From Hemiscyllium ocellatum (lineage: Eukaryota), in NCBI RefSeq assembly GCF_020745735.1, contig NC_083410.1, forward strand, positions 84,634,042-84,698,041: a stretch of 64,000 bases of DNA. The letters are read 5' to 3'. Positions within the stretch are counted from its first letter, which is position 1, and every line of letters starts with the position of its first letter. The position numbers and the translations under genes were made by a program. Positions 26,339-40,699 of this stretch are shown here, one piece after another. The notes beneath the pieces were generated by a model. The model searched no databases and was not told the DNA's origin. It worked only from the letters and a program-made list of their open reading frames with translations.

Positions 26339-27774
26339 CTGGAAGGACAGAAGATAATGGTTGTTCTTTTCTGGTTTCTTGTGGAAAACACTGGAAAGAC
26401 AATATTCATCACCTTAGTTGATGAGAGGGCATCAAGAATTAACCATGAAGAGAGATGCTGGAGCAGTATATAGCCCAGAATACAAACCAGGCAGAGACAT
26501 GGTGCAGGTAGGGAATTTTACATTCATCCACCAGGCTTTACGGTCCTTCATCTTGAGCCAGACCTCAAGTTAATTTTTCTTCCAAGCTCGATTTCACAAT
26601 TTGCGATGCAGAGTTTCAACTCAATATCTCTATTGCTAGACCAATCTTTTCTATTGTTGTTAATTGTTTTGGTGCAAGGTAATGCATAACTGGAACAAAC
26701 TTTAACCTTTGACATTCTTTGCTGAGGTCAGGATATCGCAAACCTGCTAGCAAAACTATACAGTGGACAGGTTTCACTATTCTAGCACTTAGACCACACC
26801 ATCTCTCTAATGGGACAGGCATTCAAATTGGAAAGTTACAATGCAACAAAAGATTAAAAAAAACAGGGTTTGTCCTGGAAATTGTAAGAACAGCAGTTTT
26901 GGAAATCTGAAATAAAATCAAACACAAAGTGCTCGGAATACTTAAAAAAAAACAGTCAATGTAAATACAAGGAAATGACTGACAGAAAGAGACCAGTTGG
27001 TCCAGTTAGCCTCCACAGATTCATGACAGCTGACCAAACACTTGTTGTGTTCTGGGAGACATAACCAACCAAAGAAAAGTCCAGAGTCAACAAGAGGATG
27101 GGAAGAGGAAGAAGAAGAAAAACACACTCCACATTCCCACTCTCACAATCAAAATCTGTCCAGTAGATCTCATGACCTCACCTGGGAGTCAGGGTCCATG
27201 TAAGACATGTAGAAAATCATCCATACAATAGACAATACATGTTTTAACTCTGTATAAGATCTCAATTTCACAAGTATGTTTATAAAATGTTGAAAGTAGC
27301 TTCCTTCTTTAACCCACAACAATCAGAGAAATACTTTCAAGGAACTTTCAAGATTGGAAGATTGGAAAATACTTGACAGGAACATTGTTGAGGGTTAAGG
27401 GGATAAACAGAGGACTGGAAAGTGTATTTGGACAGCCCTTTCAATAAAAGATGGCACAGGAGGATGGATCTCCTTTAATGCTGCAAACACATTTGAACTT
27501 ACTCAGTTTTGATTCTCCTTGTAAGTGCTGCTGGGAATTTAATTCTGTCTCAGCTCCTCCATGAATTACAGCCCATCATTTAATTTTAAACATATTCACA
27601 ATCAAATCCATCTATGATTCTGCAGCAGGAGATAACCATCATGAGCTCAAAAGGCCCATCATCCTTAGATGAACAGGTAGCACCCAATCTGAGTCGGAAG
27701 ATAACATTTCAAGGCCTATTCTCGAGACTTGAACCTATCATCTACACAGAAGCTCTAAGGGGATACGCTACTGT

Positions 27775-29162
27775 CCTATCCATGCCCCTCATGATTTTAT
27801 AATCTTCTACAAGGTCACTCCTCAGCCTCCGACACTCCACGGAAAAATAGCCCCAACCGATTCAGCTTCTCCCCAAGGCTCAAATCCTCCAACCCCGGCA
27901 ACATTATTGTAAATCTTTTCTGAACCCTTTCAAGTTTCACAACATCCTTCCAATAGTAGGGAGACGAGAGCTGCATGCAATATTCCAAAATGGCCTAACC
28001 AATGTCCTGTGCAGCCACAACATGACCTCCCAACTCCTGTACTCAATACTCTGACCAATAAAGGAAAGCATACCAAACACCTCCTTCACTATCCTATCTA
28101 TCCTCTATTCTATTTTACTTTCAAAGGAACTATGAACTTGCGCTCCAAGTTCTCTTTGTTCAGCAACACTCCCTAGGACCTTACCACTAACTGCAGAAGT
28201 CCTGCTCGGATTTGTTTTTCCAAAATGCAGCACCTCACATTTATCTGAATTAAACTCCATCTGCCATTCCTCAGCCCATTGGCCCATCTGATCAAGTTCT
28301 CCCTGTATTCCATGAGACCTAACCTTGCTAACCAGATTCCCTGGGGAACTTTGTTGAACACCTTACTGAAGTCCATATAGATCACATCCACCACTCTGCC
28401 CTAATCAATCCTCTGTGTTACTTCTTCAAAAAACTCAATCAAGTTTGTGAGACATGATTTCCCATGCACAAAGTCATGTTGACTATCCCTAATCAGTCCT
28501 TGCCTTTCTAAATACATGTACATCATGTCCCTCAGGAATCCTTCCAACAATTTTCCCACCACCAACATCAGGTTCACCGATCTAAGTTCCCTGGCTTGTC
28601 CTTATCACCTTTCCGAAATAGTGGTAGCACATTAGCCAACCTAGAGTCTTCTGGCACCTCACCTGTAACTACCAATGATACAAATATCTCAGCAAGGGGC
28701 CCAGCAATCATTTCCCTAGCTTTCCACAGAGTTCTAGGATACACCTGATCAAGTCCTGAGGATTTATCCACTTTTATGGGTTTCAAGATATCAGCAGCAC
28801 CACCTTTGTAATATGGACATTTTTCAAGATGTTACCATCTATTTCCCCACATTCTGTATCTTCGAGGTCCTTCTCCACAGTGGACACATATGCAAAATAC
28901 TCGTTTAGTATCTCCATCTCCTGTGGCTCCACACATAGGCTGCCTTGCTGATCTTTGATGGGCCCTATTCTCTCCCTAGTTACCCTTTTGACTTAATGTA
29001 TTTTTAAAAACTCGTTGGATTCTCCTTAACCCTATTTACCAAAGCTATGTCATGTCCCCTTTTTGCCCTCCTGATTTCCCTCTTAAGGTTACTCCTACTG
29101 CCTTTATACTCTCAGGATTCTCTCAATCTCTCCCATCTATACCTGACACATGCTTCCTTCTT
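27775..29162 (-). mobile_element. CR1/HER1 LINE ORF2 fragment
   Basis: VDKSSGLDQVYPR, VDVIYMDFSKVFNKVP, WAEEWQMEFNSDKCEVLHFG. Confidence 0.92.
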
Positions 29163-29358
29163 GAGAGCTTGCTCTGCATAGACAGCTACACTTCCCACAT
29201 CACAACCTTCAAAAGCCCTTAATTATCGCCAAGTGCTTTGAGATGCTGGAGTTTGTAAAAGATGCTATTTAAAGATTTACATCTTGATGCAGTGTGATAA
29301 GGTGGAGAACATTCACATATCCAAACCAACACAACAAGGAAGTCGTTAACATACTCAC

Positions 29359-29471
29359 AGCTACAGATTTGACAGCTTTAATTAGTTTTTTGCTCTCCAT
29401 GTTCTTGAGGATTTTGTTGATTTCAGTCAGTGGAAGGTTACTCTTGTATCGAATATCTCTGCTCCATATCC
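29359..29471 (-). CDS. POLR3F: POLR3F coding exon 5, IWSRDIRYKSNLPLTEINKILKNMESKKLIKAVKSVA
   Basis: tcatag| and |gtgagt splice sites, 113 nt, winged-helix region of RPC6. Confidence 0.97.
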
Positions 29472-30470
29472 CTATGAAAAATCAATTTAGATCAATGGAA
29501 CTCAACAATTAAATTTAAAGGTGCATTAACTCAAAGGAACCAAAATTCAGATGTTCCAGTTCTACTATTTAAAATAATATGCAGAGACGAATCGATAATT
29601 TTATTGAATCACAAGTATTAGTGAAACTTTCATAAGCTTCTGACTTAGTGGCAAGAGTCCCATTCAGTCGCCCAATTACAAAATTTAGATGGAGGGGTGG
29701 AGGGTGTGTCAGAGGTGGAGTCTTTCAAATCTTTTCGGTTAACCAAATGAATTCCATGCCACTACTTTGAAGATGGGCAAAGCAGATCTCTAATACTTAT
29801 CCCTCATTTTTCCAGCATTGTAGAAGAAATTGACCTAGTCATTTATTATATTGCAGTATAAGGGACTTTGAGATGTATAAATTAGTTGCTGTGATTATGA
29901 TGTTGCAATAGTACCTTCACTTTAAAATAAATTCATTGACTGCAATATATTCTGGGATATGAAAGGCACTGTAGAAATGAAATTCTCTCTTTTCACTCGA
30001 ACAAATAAAGCAATTACACTTAAATGTGCACAATGCTCTTCTCTACATATAATAGAGTAACAATATTGAGAGAGTTGGGTTTCTCAACCCATCCCAAAAC
30101 AATAAATCCTTCCACAACCTCTCTACAAAAAGGAGGAAAGAGAGAGTTTAAATGGAAATGAGCTACATCAAAATGTCTCTGAAACCCATGACATGCTTTA
30201 CAATGTGCTTCCATCGTTATAACTGAGCAGTTCTGAAGGTGGAATATGAAGAATAGAAATGTATTTTCATATCATATACATTCAGACCAGTATTCTTCAG
30301 TTTGGATCACAGGGTCCTGCTAGGATTCTAAAGGGTCATTTTTATGCTGAGATTGATTGGTAGTGGGGTTAAAGAGAGAAGGGATGCAGGATGTGATGGA
30401 AGACATCAAGAACAATTTTTAAAAAGGATTATAAGCTGCTTGTGAATTTGGAGGATTTTAGCTACTGTAC

Positions 30471-30538
30471 CTTTATTTCCAGCATCTTCTATGATTTGAT
30501 AAACCAGTTTTTCTTGATTGTCAGAACCCTTCATTTTG
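30471..30538 (-). CDS. POLR3F: POLR3F coding exon 4, KMKGSDNQEKLVYQIIEDAGNK(G)
   Basis: taacag| and |gtacag splice sites, 68 nt, matches the human peptide as recalled. Confidence 0.97.
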
Positions 30539-30774
30539 CTGTTAAAAGAAATCCACACATCTAATTAAAAGGTATACTAAAGACTGCAGCAATTCTGAAC
30601 TAGGAGTTAAACATCAACTCAAAAGAGAGAAGTGTTGGTAGGTAGTAAAATTCTATACCATGAACTAGAAACAGAAACGGGGTTTGGCTTGTGCTGTCAA
30701 TGCCCTAAATGAAAAAAAAACAAAGAGTGGTAATATTCCAAAGTTTAGAAATGGTTAAATGTGAACATAGGAGT

Positions 30775-31705
30775 TATGGTTAGTAAGTTTGCTGATGACA
30801 CCAAAATTGGTGGTGCATTGCACAACCAAGAAGGTTACCTCAGGTTACAAGTGGACCTTGATTAGATGGGCCAATGGACTAAGTGGCAGAGTAAGTTTTA
30901 TTTAGATAAATATGAGGTTCTGCATTTTGGGAAGGAAAATCAGGGCAGAACTTATACAATTAATGGGAAGGTTCCAGGAAGTGATGCTGAAAAAAGAGAC
31001 CTTGGAGTGCAGGTTCATAGATCCTTGAATACGGAGCCACAGATGGACAGGACAGTGAAGACAGCGTATGGTATACTTGCCTTTATTGGTCAGTGCATGG
31101 AATACAGGAGTTGAGAGGCCATGTTGCGGCTGTAGAGGACATTGGTTAGGCCATTTTGGAATACTAAGTGCAATTCTGGTCTCCCTGTTATAGGAAGGAT
31201 ATTGCAAAACTTGAAAGGATTTGGAAAGGATTTACAAGGATTTTGCCAGGGTTGGAGGGTTTGAGCTATAGGGAAAGGCTGAATGGGCTGAGGCTATTTT
31301 CCCTGGAGCATTGGAGGCTGAGGGGTGACCTTACAGAGGTCTATAAAATCATGACGGGCATGATTAGGCTGAATAGACAAGTACTTTTACCTGGGCTGAG
31401 GTAGCCCAGAACTAGAGGGCACTGGTTTATGATGAGAGGGGAAAGATTTAAAAGGAACCTAAAGGGCAACTTTTTCATGCAGAGGATAGTGCATGAATGG
31501 AATGAGATGCCAGAGGAAGTGGCAAATTACAACAGTTAAAATGCATCTGGATGGGTATATGAATAGGAAGGGTTTAAAAGGAATATGGGCCGAATATGGG
31601 CCAAATACTGGCAAGTAGGATTAGATTTATTTAGGATATCTGGTCAGCATGGATGAGTTGGACCAAAGGGTCTGTTTCCATGCTGCACAGCTTTATGACT
31701 CTATG
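30775..31705 (+). mobile_element. CR1/HER1 LINE 3' fragment
   Basis: SKFADDTKIGG start; ends with the TATGACTCTATG tail. Confidence 0.92.
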
Positions 31706-31769
31706 TGTATGACATCAGTGCTAAAAAGAACAAGGTGGAAGTGTGTAAATGAAGGAGTAGCAATTAATC

Positions 31770-33760
31770 AGAACCATACAGCACAGAAACAGATCTTTTG
31801 GTCCAACTTGTCTATGTTGACCAAGTTTCCTAAACTAATCTAGTCCCACTTGCATGTGTTTGGGCCATATCCCTTTATGTATTTGACCAAATGTCTTTTA
31901 AATGTTGTAACTGTACTGCAGTTACCACTTCCTCTCGCAGTTCATCCCATATACAAACCACCCACTGTAAGAAAATGTTGCCTCTCAGATTTAAAAGGGA
32001 CCTTTCTCCTCTCACCTTAAACCTATGCTCTCTAATTTTGAACTCCTCCACCTGAGGTAAAAAACTTTTGCTATTCACCTTATCTATGCTCCTCGTGATT
32101 TTATAAACCTCTATTTATAAACCCCTCAATCTCCTAAGCTCCAGCGAAGAACGTCCCAGTCTCTCTTTAATAATTCAAACCCTCCTGGTAAATCTTTTCT
32201 GAACCCTCTCCAATTTAATAATATCCTTCTCATAGCATGGCAACCAGAAGTGTACATAGTAAATTGGAGGTGTAGTGGGCAGCGAAGAGGGTTCCCTCAG
32301 ATTACAACAGGATCTGGACTAGATGGGCCAATGGGCTGAGAAGTGGCAAATGGAGTTTAATTCAGATAAATGAAAGGAGCTGCATTTTGGGAAAGCAAAG
32401 TTTAGCAGGATTTATACACTTAATGGTAAGGTCCTAGGGAGTGTTGCTGAACAAAGAGACCTTGGAGTGCAGATTCATAGCTCCTTGAAAGTGGAGTCAC
32501 AGGTTTATAGGATAGTGAGGAGGGCGTTTGGTATGCTTTCCTTTATTGGTCAGAGCATTGAGTACAGGAGTTGGGAGGTCATGTTGCGGCTGTACAGGAC
32601 ATTGGTTAGGATACTGTTGGAATATTGCATGCAATTCTGGTCTCCTTCCTATTGGAAACATGTTGTGAAACTTGAAACTGTTCAGAAAAGATTTACAAAA
32701 AATGTTGCCAGGGTTAGAGGATCTGAGCTACAGGGAGAGGCTGAACAGGCTGGGGCTGTTTTCCCTGAAGCGTCGGAGACTGAGGGGTGACTTTAGAGGT
32801 TTACAAAATTATGAGGGGCATGGATAGGATAAATAGACAAAATCTTTTCCCTGGGGTCGGTGAGTCCAGAACTAGTGGGCATAGGTTTAGGGTGAGAGGG
32901 GAAAGATATAAAAAAAAAGGGACCTAAGGGGCAACTTTTTCATGCAGAGGGTGGTATGTGTATGGAATGAGCTGCCAGAGGATGTGGTGAAGGTTGGTAC
33001 AATTGCAACATTTAAGAGGCATTTGGATGGGTATATGAATAGGAAGAGTTTGAAGGGATATGGGCCAGATGCTGGCAGGTGGGACTAGATTGGGTTGGGA
33101 TATCTGGTCAGCATGGACGAGTTGGATCGAACGGTCTGTTTCCATGCTGTACATCTCTATGACTCTATGTGATGTCACCAATATCCTGTATAATTTCAAC
33201 ATGATGTCCCAATTCCTATAGGAGGTAGTGAGGACTGCAAATGATGGAGAGTTAGATTCAATAAATTATGGTGCTGGGAAAAGTACAGTAGTGTTTCAGG
33301 CATACCCATTCATCAGGACTGGGGAGGGGAAAGGGGGGAGAAAGAATGAAAGAAAGTAAATAAATAAAACCAATCAATATTCTTTTCCACTTATCCACTC
33401 CACCCTTCCCAGTGACCTATCACAACCACTTACCTTCGCCCACCTATTGCCATCCTACTGACCTTTCCCCTAGCCCCACTGCCCTCCCACTACTTATTTC
33501 TCAGCCCCCTCCCCCATCTCCAGTCTTGATGAAGGGTTATACCAAAAACATCGAGTCTCTTGCTCCTCAGATGCTGCTTGATCTGCTATACTTTTTCCAG
33601 CACCACACTTTATCATCCCAACTCATCATCATACTCAATGATCTGAGCAATAAAGGCAAGCATGCTAAATTCCTTCTTAGCCACCTTGTCTACCTGTGAC
33701 ACAATTTTCAATGAACTATGTACCTGCACCCTTAGGTCTCTGTTCGACAACACTCCCCAG
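31770..33760. mobile_element. Antisense CR1 split by a sense CR1 (~32261-33168) and a fold-back PLE derivative (~33222-33615)
   Basis: CR1 motifs on both strands; CTCTATGACTCTATG tail at ~33155-33169; PLE terminal repeat in both orientations. Confidence 0.8.
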
Positions 33761-35784
33761 TGGAGTCAGGCTTACCTGTTTTGATGGTTCTAGATGATGC
33801 TAAAAATTCTGTGATGCTATTTTACAGATGGGCAAAACGATGTATCCTATCTTGAAGCTTCCACTATAAAAGATTTTGAACATTTCTCCCCCAGACCTCT
33901 GCAAGATCGAAACCCTTTCTCCTCCATTTCACAATTCTGGAATCCATTTCATAAGATCATTCAAATTAGGAGGAGTAGGCAATTCAGCCCCTCAAGCCTG
34001 CTTCAACATTCAATAAAATGATGGCTGAACTGTTTGGAGCTTCAATTTTACTTCCTTGCCCGTCCCTAGTGACCTCCGCATCAATCAAAAATGTAGTACA
34101 GGTTTGAAATATATCCAATGACCTATCCTCTGCTACTTTCTTTCGAAAAGAATTCCAGAAAAGTAATTCCTCCTCATCTTCACCTTAAGTGTGCCACCCC
34201 TTTATTTTTAAACAGTGGGCCCATGTTCATGATTACTCAGTCTCTGAGGAGTAGTTGCCTTAAATTTACATTTCACTGGTTTTACCACTATCTCCTTTTC
34301 CATTAGTTTAAGTTAAAGTAATGCCTGAATTTTACCACCCATGAATGCCCTTTCCTAGTTTATATACTTAATCTCGAAGCAGGAAAACACACTGTTTTGT
34401 CCAAAATGTGGAATTTTAGCACCTCTTAACAAGAGCAAGTCACTCAAGTGTCTTTCTGCCAAGTGCCTCTGAAGTCTATATATTGCACTTATCTCACTAT
34501 TCAATTCATTTGGATTCTACCCTTTGAAATCTAAAAACTGAAAGAACTGCAGATGTTGGAAATCAGAAACAAAAACAGAAAACTTGATGCCATATTTGTA
34601 AAAGTATGATAAAGAGAGTGGTAAGGCTGAGAACAGCAAGAGGTTTTGAAATCTTTAGAATTAAGAGCTGAAAGTGCAAGAGATCATGTCACAACTCCTG
34701 GTGTGAATGCAACGGGAAGGGTGGGAATCAGATAGAGGGTGAAGAATGATGCAGAATAAAAAGAATTGTTGAAAGAAGCCTTACTCAAAAGTAGTACTGG
34801 TGAAGCAAAGGGAAGAGCAAATAAGGCCAGTGATGGGAGAAAAACCAGAGTTAACAATAAAGTCACACAGATCACCTTGGTGAAACATAACATGCATTCC
34901 CAGAGAGGAAACCAGAGAAAGTGCTGCAAGAACCTTTCTGATTGAAGAAGCCAAGTTCAGTTTTTTTTGACAGTTTTGGGATTAGTGGAGAAAAAAATGT
35001 TTGGCACAACATTGGAACAGAACTTCCTGTAATTGGGTCAGAGCCTGCAGTGACTGCCAGAAGGTTAAATGGAACATTAGGGGACGCATAAGAACAGGAG
35101 TAGGCCAGTCAGCCCCTCACATTGGTCTGTATTTCAATTAGTTCATAGTCAATTTGAATCTTAACACAAATTACCCTTCTTTATCATTAAGTATTCTATA
35201 ATTATAAACATTTTATTTTGGAGCCACCATGCTTCAAAGTCTACTCTGCTGACAAATGAAAAGTGAGATGGAGGAGGACAAGGGAACATGTCCAAAAAGC
35301 AATGTACTGGAGAAACAAAATCTTCAAAATGTGGAGATTGCATTTCATTCTGCTATTCCTCAGATTCTTCTGCCATCTACCACTGTAGTTACTATCCACT
35401 TTTTAAATAGGGTCAGCCATTGGTCCCAACCACCATTCCCAGTAATCCAGTCCAGCCCTTAATAAATCCCAAGGTAAAGAGATGATTCCTGGCATGAATC
35501 CTAATACTTCAGAACCTTGAACCAGCAATGTTTGTCAAAAGAAAATGCAACAAACTAAGTCAAGGTCTAATCTTTTACTGCCAATTACCCCAACACACCT
35601 GTACATTGCTAGAAGTGGAGCTAAAGGTAGAAAAGTGAAGTCAAAAGTAGACATCAGCCAAGACCTAACTGAATGACAGAATACACTCTCCTTGTTTCTG
35701 TGTACTTTCCACAATCTAATAATCCAGAATGATACAAAGTTAATATTCACATAGTTACGCAAAATATTAAAAGAGCTCACTCAC

Positions 35785-35852
35785 CTTGCAGTCTGTGTAT
35801 CCTTTATGCGATATAGGAGACCTGAAGTACCCCTTAACAGATCCAATTGGCC
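35785..35852 (-). CDS. POLR3F: POLR3F coding exon 3, GQLDLLRGTSGLLYRIKDTQTA(S)
   Basis: tttcag| and |gtgagt splice sites, 68 nt, RPC6 homology. Confidence 0.97.
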
Positions 35853-35963
35853 CTGAAATAATTCAACAATGTTACTTACTGAATGAAATGAAATGAAACA
35901 GGAAAGATAAAAGTGCTCAAAGATGTATTCAGCAACATTACTGCAGTTAAAATTTTTTAAAAG

Positions 35964-36280
35964 GGTGGCACGATGGCTCAGTGGTTAGCACTACTGCCTC
36001 ACAGCGCCAGGGATCCAGGTTTGATTCCAGCCTTGTGCAACTGTCCGTGTGAAGTTTGCACAATTCTTCCAGTGTCTGCGTGGGTTTCCTCTGGGTGCTC
36101 CAGTTTCCTCCCAGAGTCCAAAGATATGCAGGTCAGGTGAATTGGCTATTCTAAATTGCCCAATGTGTTAGGTACATTAGACAGAGGGAAATGGGTCTGG
36201 GTGGGTTACCCTACGGAGGGTTGGTGTGGACTTGTTGGACTGAAGGGCCTGTTACCACACTGTAGGGAATCTAATCTAAT
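35964..36280 (+). mobile_element. HE1-type V-SINE
   Basis: Full head, V-domain and AATCTAATCTAAT tail. Confidence 0.9.
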
Positions 36281-37361
36281 TAAATAACTTTGCTGATTTG
36301 TTGCACTCTTCAAGCCACTCACTTAAGAAAATTAAATTACATATTTTAAACAATAGGGGAAAAAAACCCCACTGGTAACGAAAACAGACTTAAGCACCAA
36401 TACAGCGCTCACAAAATGAACAGAAAAGCGGTATAAACCTCAAGTTATCTAGCTAAGCCTGCCGTCACAGCACCTTCAAATGACTTCAAAGTCACGACTT
36501 TAACATTTAGTAAATGGAACGGCAAACAGAGAAGCTGAAATTACATCAAAAGACGTGTACAAGAGTACAGATGATGACAACACCACCACTTACAAATCCT
36601 CCATGTAACCATAAACCATCTTGATATGGAAATATATGTCGATGTTCCTTCACTATCACTAGGTCAAAATAGTGGAACTCCCATCCTAACAGCACTGAGG
36701 GTATACCAACACCAGATAAACTGCAGTGGTTCAAGATAACGGTATACTTTTTTTTTGAAAAAGCTTTTAAGGAATGGGTAACAAATGTTGGCATTTCCGG
36801 AAACATTCAAATCCCATGACAAAATAAAATTACAGGTTAACCACACATTATACATGCAAATAACAATCCTTCAAACCCTGGAAGTTACATTCCAAAATTC
36901 AAGCAGTTAGAGGAAATACCCAGAAATTAATGCTTCATTAATAAGGCTAAAAGCCTAAAACACAAACAAGACATTACTGCAAAACCAAACTGAAAACAAA
37001 AAATGCTGAAAATCACAGCAGGTCAGGCAGCACGCTAGCATTTCAAGTCTAAATGACTCTTCATCAGAGCTGACGTGAACCACAAACCCAACAAGAGGAA
37101 CAAATTCTCAATACAATATGGGTCCAAATCACACCCAATACTGGAGCCCACAATATAACTGACTCTCTCGTGCAAAGTTAAGGAAACAGACTTACAGCAC
37201 AACACCAAATTGTCATCTTTCAAACAAGATGTTAAATGTTACTCTGTCTATATATGGATAACAAATAGCAGAAAATTCAACTCAGAGTCTGGCCAACACT
37301 TATCCATTGATAAACAACTAAAAGTTCATAGGTATCATCACATTGCTGTTCGTGGGACTTA

Positions 37362-40300
37362 TATTTATTCACTCATTGGATATGGGAGTCTTTGACTGGG
37401 CAAGCATTTATTGGCTGTCACTAGTTGCCTTTGTGGAGGTGGAGGTGAGCAGCCCTCTCGAACATCTGCAGTCCATGTGTTGTAGGTAGATCCTCAATAC
37501 CATTAGGGAGACAATTCTAGAATAAGGAACTGCAAGGGAACATATAGGTGATGGCGTTTCCTTGTCTTTTTAGGTAGAATTGCTCATGTACTTAGAAGGT
37601 GCAGTCCAAAAGTCATTGGCAAATTTCTGCAGTGCCTTTTATAGATAGTACAAATAAATGCTACGGAATGTCAGCAGTGGAGTGACTGAATCCTTGTGGG
37701 TGTGGTGCCAAAGCAGGCGGTTTTGTCCCAAATGGCATCAAGCATTTTTGTTGTTGGAGTTGCACTTATTCAGACAAGTGCAAGTATTCCATCAAGCTCT
37801 TGATGTCTTGTAGATGGTGGACAGGTTTTGCACCACTATAGTCTGAGCCACTAACCTAGTCCTGTAGTTCAGTGTTTCTGGTCACTGGTAAGCCCCAGGA
37901 TGTTGAAAGTGGAGTGAAACAGAGATTGTAACACCATTCAACATAAACATGTTGCGGTTAGACTAACTTTTAATGGAGATCATAATTACCTGGCAATTGT
38001 GTGGCACAAGTGCTACTTGCAACTTTTCAACCCAAGCCTAGAGATATCGACTAGGTCTTGTTACATTGGACTGCTTCAGTATCTGAGTCGCCGTGAATTA
38101 TGCTGAATATTGGCAAACATCCCCAATTCTGGCCTTATGAAGGGAAGGTCACTGATGAAGCAGCTGAAGATGGTTGGGTCTAGGACACAATCCTGGGGAA
38201 GTTCTGCACAGATGTCCTGGGGCTGAGAGGTCAGACTTCCTGATGTTCCAACTCTGATCTCCAGCATCTGCAGACTTCACTTTCTCCATCTTCCTATGTG
38301 CTAGGTATGACTCCAACCAGCTGAGAGGTTTTCCCCAAATTCCCAGTGACTCCAGCTTTGCCAGGATTCTTTTGGAGACCACACTTGGTCAAACATGATC
38401 TTCAGATCAATGGCTGTCACTCTTACTTCACTTTTGGAACTTAGCTCTTTTGATCATGTTTGAACCAAGCTGTAATGCAATCGGGCCTAGTGGAATCCAA
38501 ATTGAGTGTCAATGAGTAAGTTATTCCTGAGCAAGTGTTGGTATTCCAACATTTTGCTGAAAATGGCAGGACAACTGGTGGGGTTGTAATTGGTGAAGTT
38601 GGATTTGCCTTGCTTTTTGTGTACACAACACAACCTGCTGCAATTTTCTAAATTGTCAGGTACATGCCAGTGTGGTAGTTGTACTGGAATAGCTTTTGCT
38701 GGGGTGCAGCAACTATGGAGCACAAATCTTTGGTATTATTGCTGGAACCCTATAAAGGCCCATAAGCCTTTGAAGTATCTAGTGTCTCCAACCATTTCTT
38801 GATTTCGCATGGAATGAATCAAAGTGGCTGAAGACTGGCAACTGTACTGCTGGAAAACACAGGAGGATCATCCACTTCTGGATGAAGACGGCTATGAATG
38901 CTGATCTTCTGCACTGATGTGTTGGGCTCCTCCATCATTGAGGCTGGTGATACTTATGGAACTACCTCCTTCAGTGAGTTGTTTAATTGTCCATCACTAT
39001 TCATGACTGGATGTGGCAAAACTGCGGAGCTTAGATCTCATCTGGTGGTTTTGAGATCAATTAGCTCTAATTGTTTATGTTGTTTGGCATGCAAGTAGTT
39101 CTGTTGTGACTCATAACCAGGTTTTGCCTGGTACTGCTCCTGGCACGCCCTTCTCTGCTCTCCATTGAATCAGGATTGATCCCCTTGTTTGATGGTAATG
39201 ATGGACTAAGGGATATGCCTAGCCTTGAGGTTGCAGATTGTGTTTGAATAAGATTCTGTTTTTGATGGTCCACAGTACTTTATGGTTGCCCAGTCTCAAG
39301 GTGCTAGATCAGTCAATTTCAGTTCAGACCATGGAGCCACAGTGCAAGGGACTCTCAATGTGAAGGCAGGACTTCTATCTCCACATGAACTGTGTGGTAT
39401 CACATTACTGATACTATAACAGACAGATGTATCTACAGCAGGCAGACTTGTGAGGAAATGGTGACATATGATTTTTTTCCCTAACCACCTGCTGCTAGAT
39501 TGGGTCTGCAATAATGACTTTTAGAGCGTGACTGGTTTGGTAGTGCTGCTGCCGAGCCACTCTTGGTGGTGGACATTGAAATCTCCCACCCAGAGTACAT
39601 TCGGCACCTTGCCACCCTCAATGATTCCTTGAAGTGTTGTTCAAATAGAGGAGCACAGTCATCAGCTTAGGGAATCAGCAGTAGGTTTTCATGACCATGT
39701 TTGGCCTGATGCAATGAGATTTTGCAATGTCGAGAGTAAATAATGAAAACTCAGAGGGCAACTCCCTCCTGACTGTGCCGTCACCTCTCCCAGGCCTGTC
39801 CAGTTGGTAGGAGAGGACATATGCAGGGATGGTGATGGTGATGGTGATGTCTGAGACATTCTGAAAAGTATGCTTCTGTGAGTATGACTATGTCAGACTG
39901 TTGCTTGAATAGTGTGTGAGACAGCTTTCCCAATTTTGGCACTAGCCCCAGTTGTTAGTAAGGGGGACTTTGCAGGGTCAACAGGGCTGTTTTGCTGTTG
40001 TCCTATGTTGATGCCAGGTAGACTGGTTTCATTTTTAGTGATTGATACAACTGAGTGGCTAGTTCAGAGTCAACCACATTATTGAGAGTCTGGAGTCACA
40101 TGTATGCTAGACCAGGTAAAGGTGAAAGATTTCCTTCCCTGAATGACATGAGTGAACCAGATGGGTTTTACTCCTTCCCCAACTATTAGTGATTTGTTAA
40201 TGTTAGAATCTTATTGCCACCATCTGCCACGGAAGGATTGGTATGCAGAATATTACTCAAGTTTCCAGATTAGTGAAAAGCAAAAGAATTGTGGAAGCTG

Positions 40301-40435
40301 TAAATCAGAAATAGAAGCTGCTGGAAAAGCTCAGCAGGTCTGACAGTATCTGTGAAGGGAAACCATGATCCAACAACTTGTGTTTCTGTTTGCATATTAA
40401 TGGTCTAGTGATAATACCACTCGGCCATTGCCTTG
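37362..40435 (-). mobile_element. Second decayed copy of the tRNA-headed CR1/L2-group LINE
   Basis: LPQDCVLDPTIFSCFISDLP, LLIDTQFGF; tail at ~37362, head with A-box TGGCCGAGTGG at ~40420; small PLE pieces inserted near 38245 and 40275-40395. Confidence 0.8.
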
Positions 40436-40581
40436 TTGTGTACAAATGGTTGTTAATTTCCTACACTACAGTAGCTACACCACAAAAATCTCATTGAATA
40501 TTCCAAAATGCTTTAGAGTCAGAGGTTAGCATATGCACAATATGAATACAATAGATTTGTTATGAATATTTAACAGCCTAC

Positions 40582-40699
40582 TATTGCGAGAAGTCTGTTG
40601 ATAGCCATTGCCCTCTTCTGTGGCTCCACATGTGGCATGTCATTCTGAATAACTTGGTCTGTGATTCCTTGTGGGAACTGCTGACAGAGTTCTATAATC
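40582..40699 (-). CDS. POLR3F: POLR3F coding exon 2, IIELCQQFPQGITDQVIQNDMPHVEPQKRAMAINRLLAI
   Basis: ttctag| acceptor, |gtaggc donor, 118 nt, clear RPC6 homology. Confidence 0.97.
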
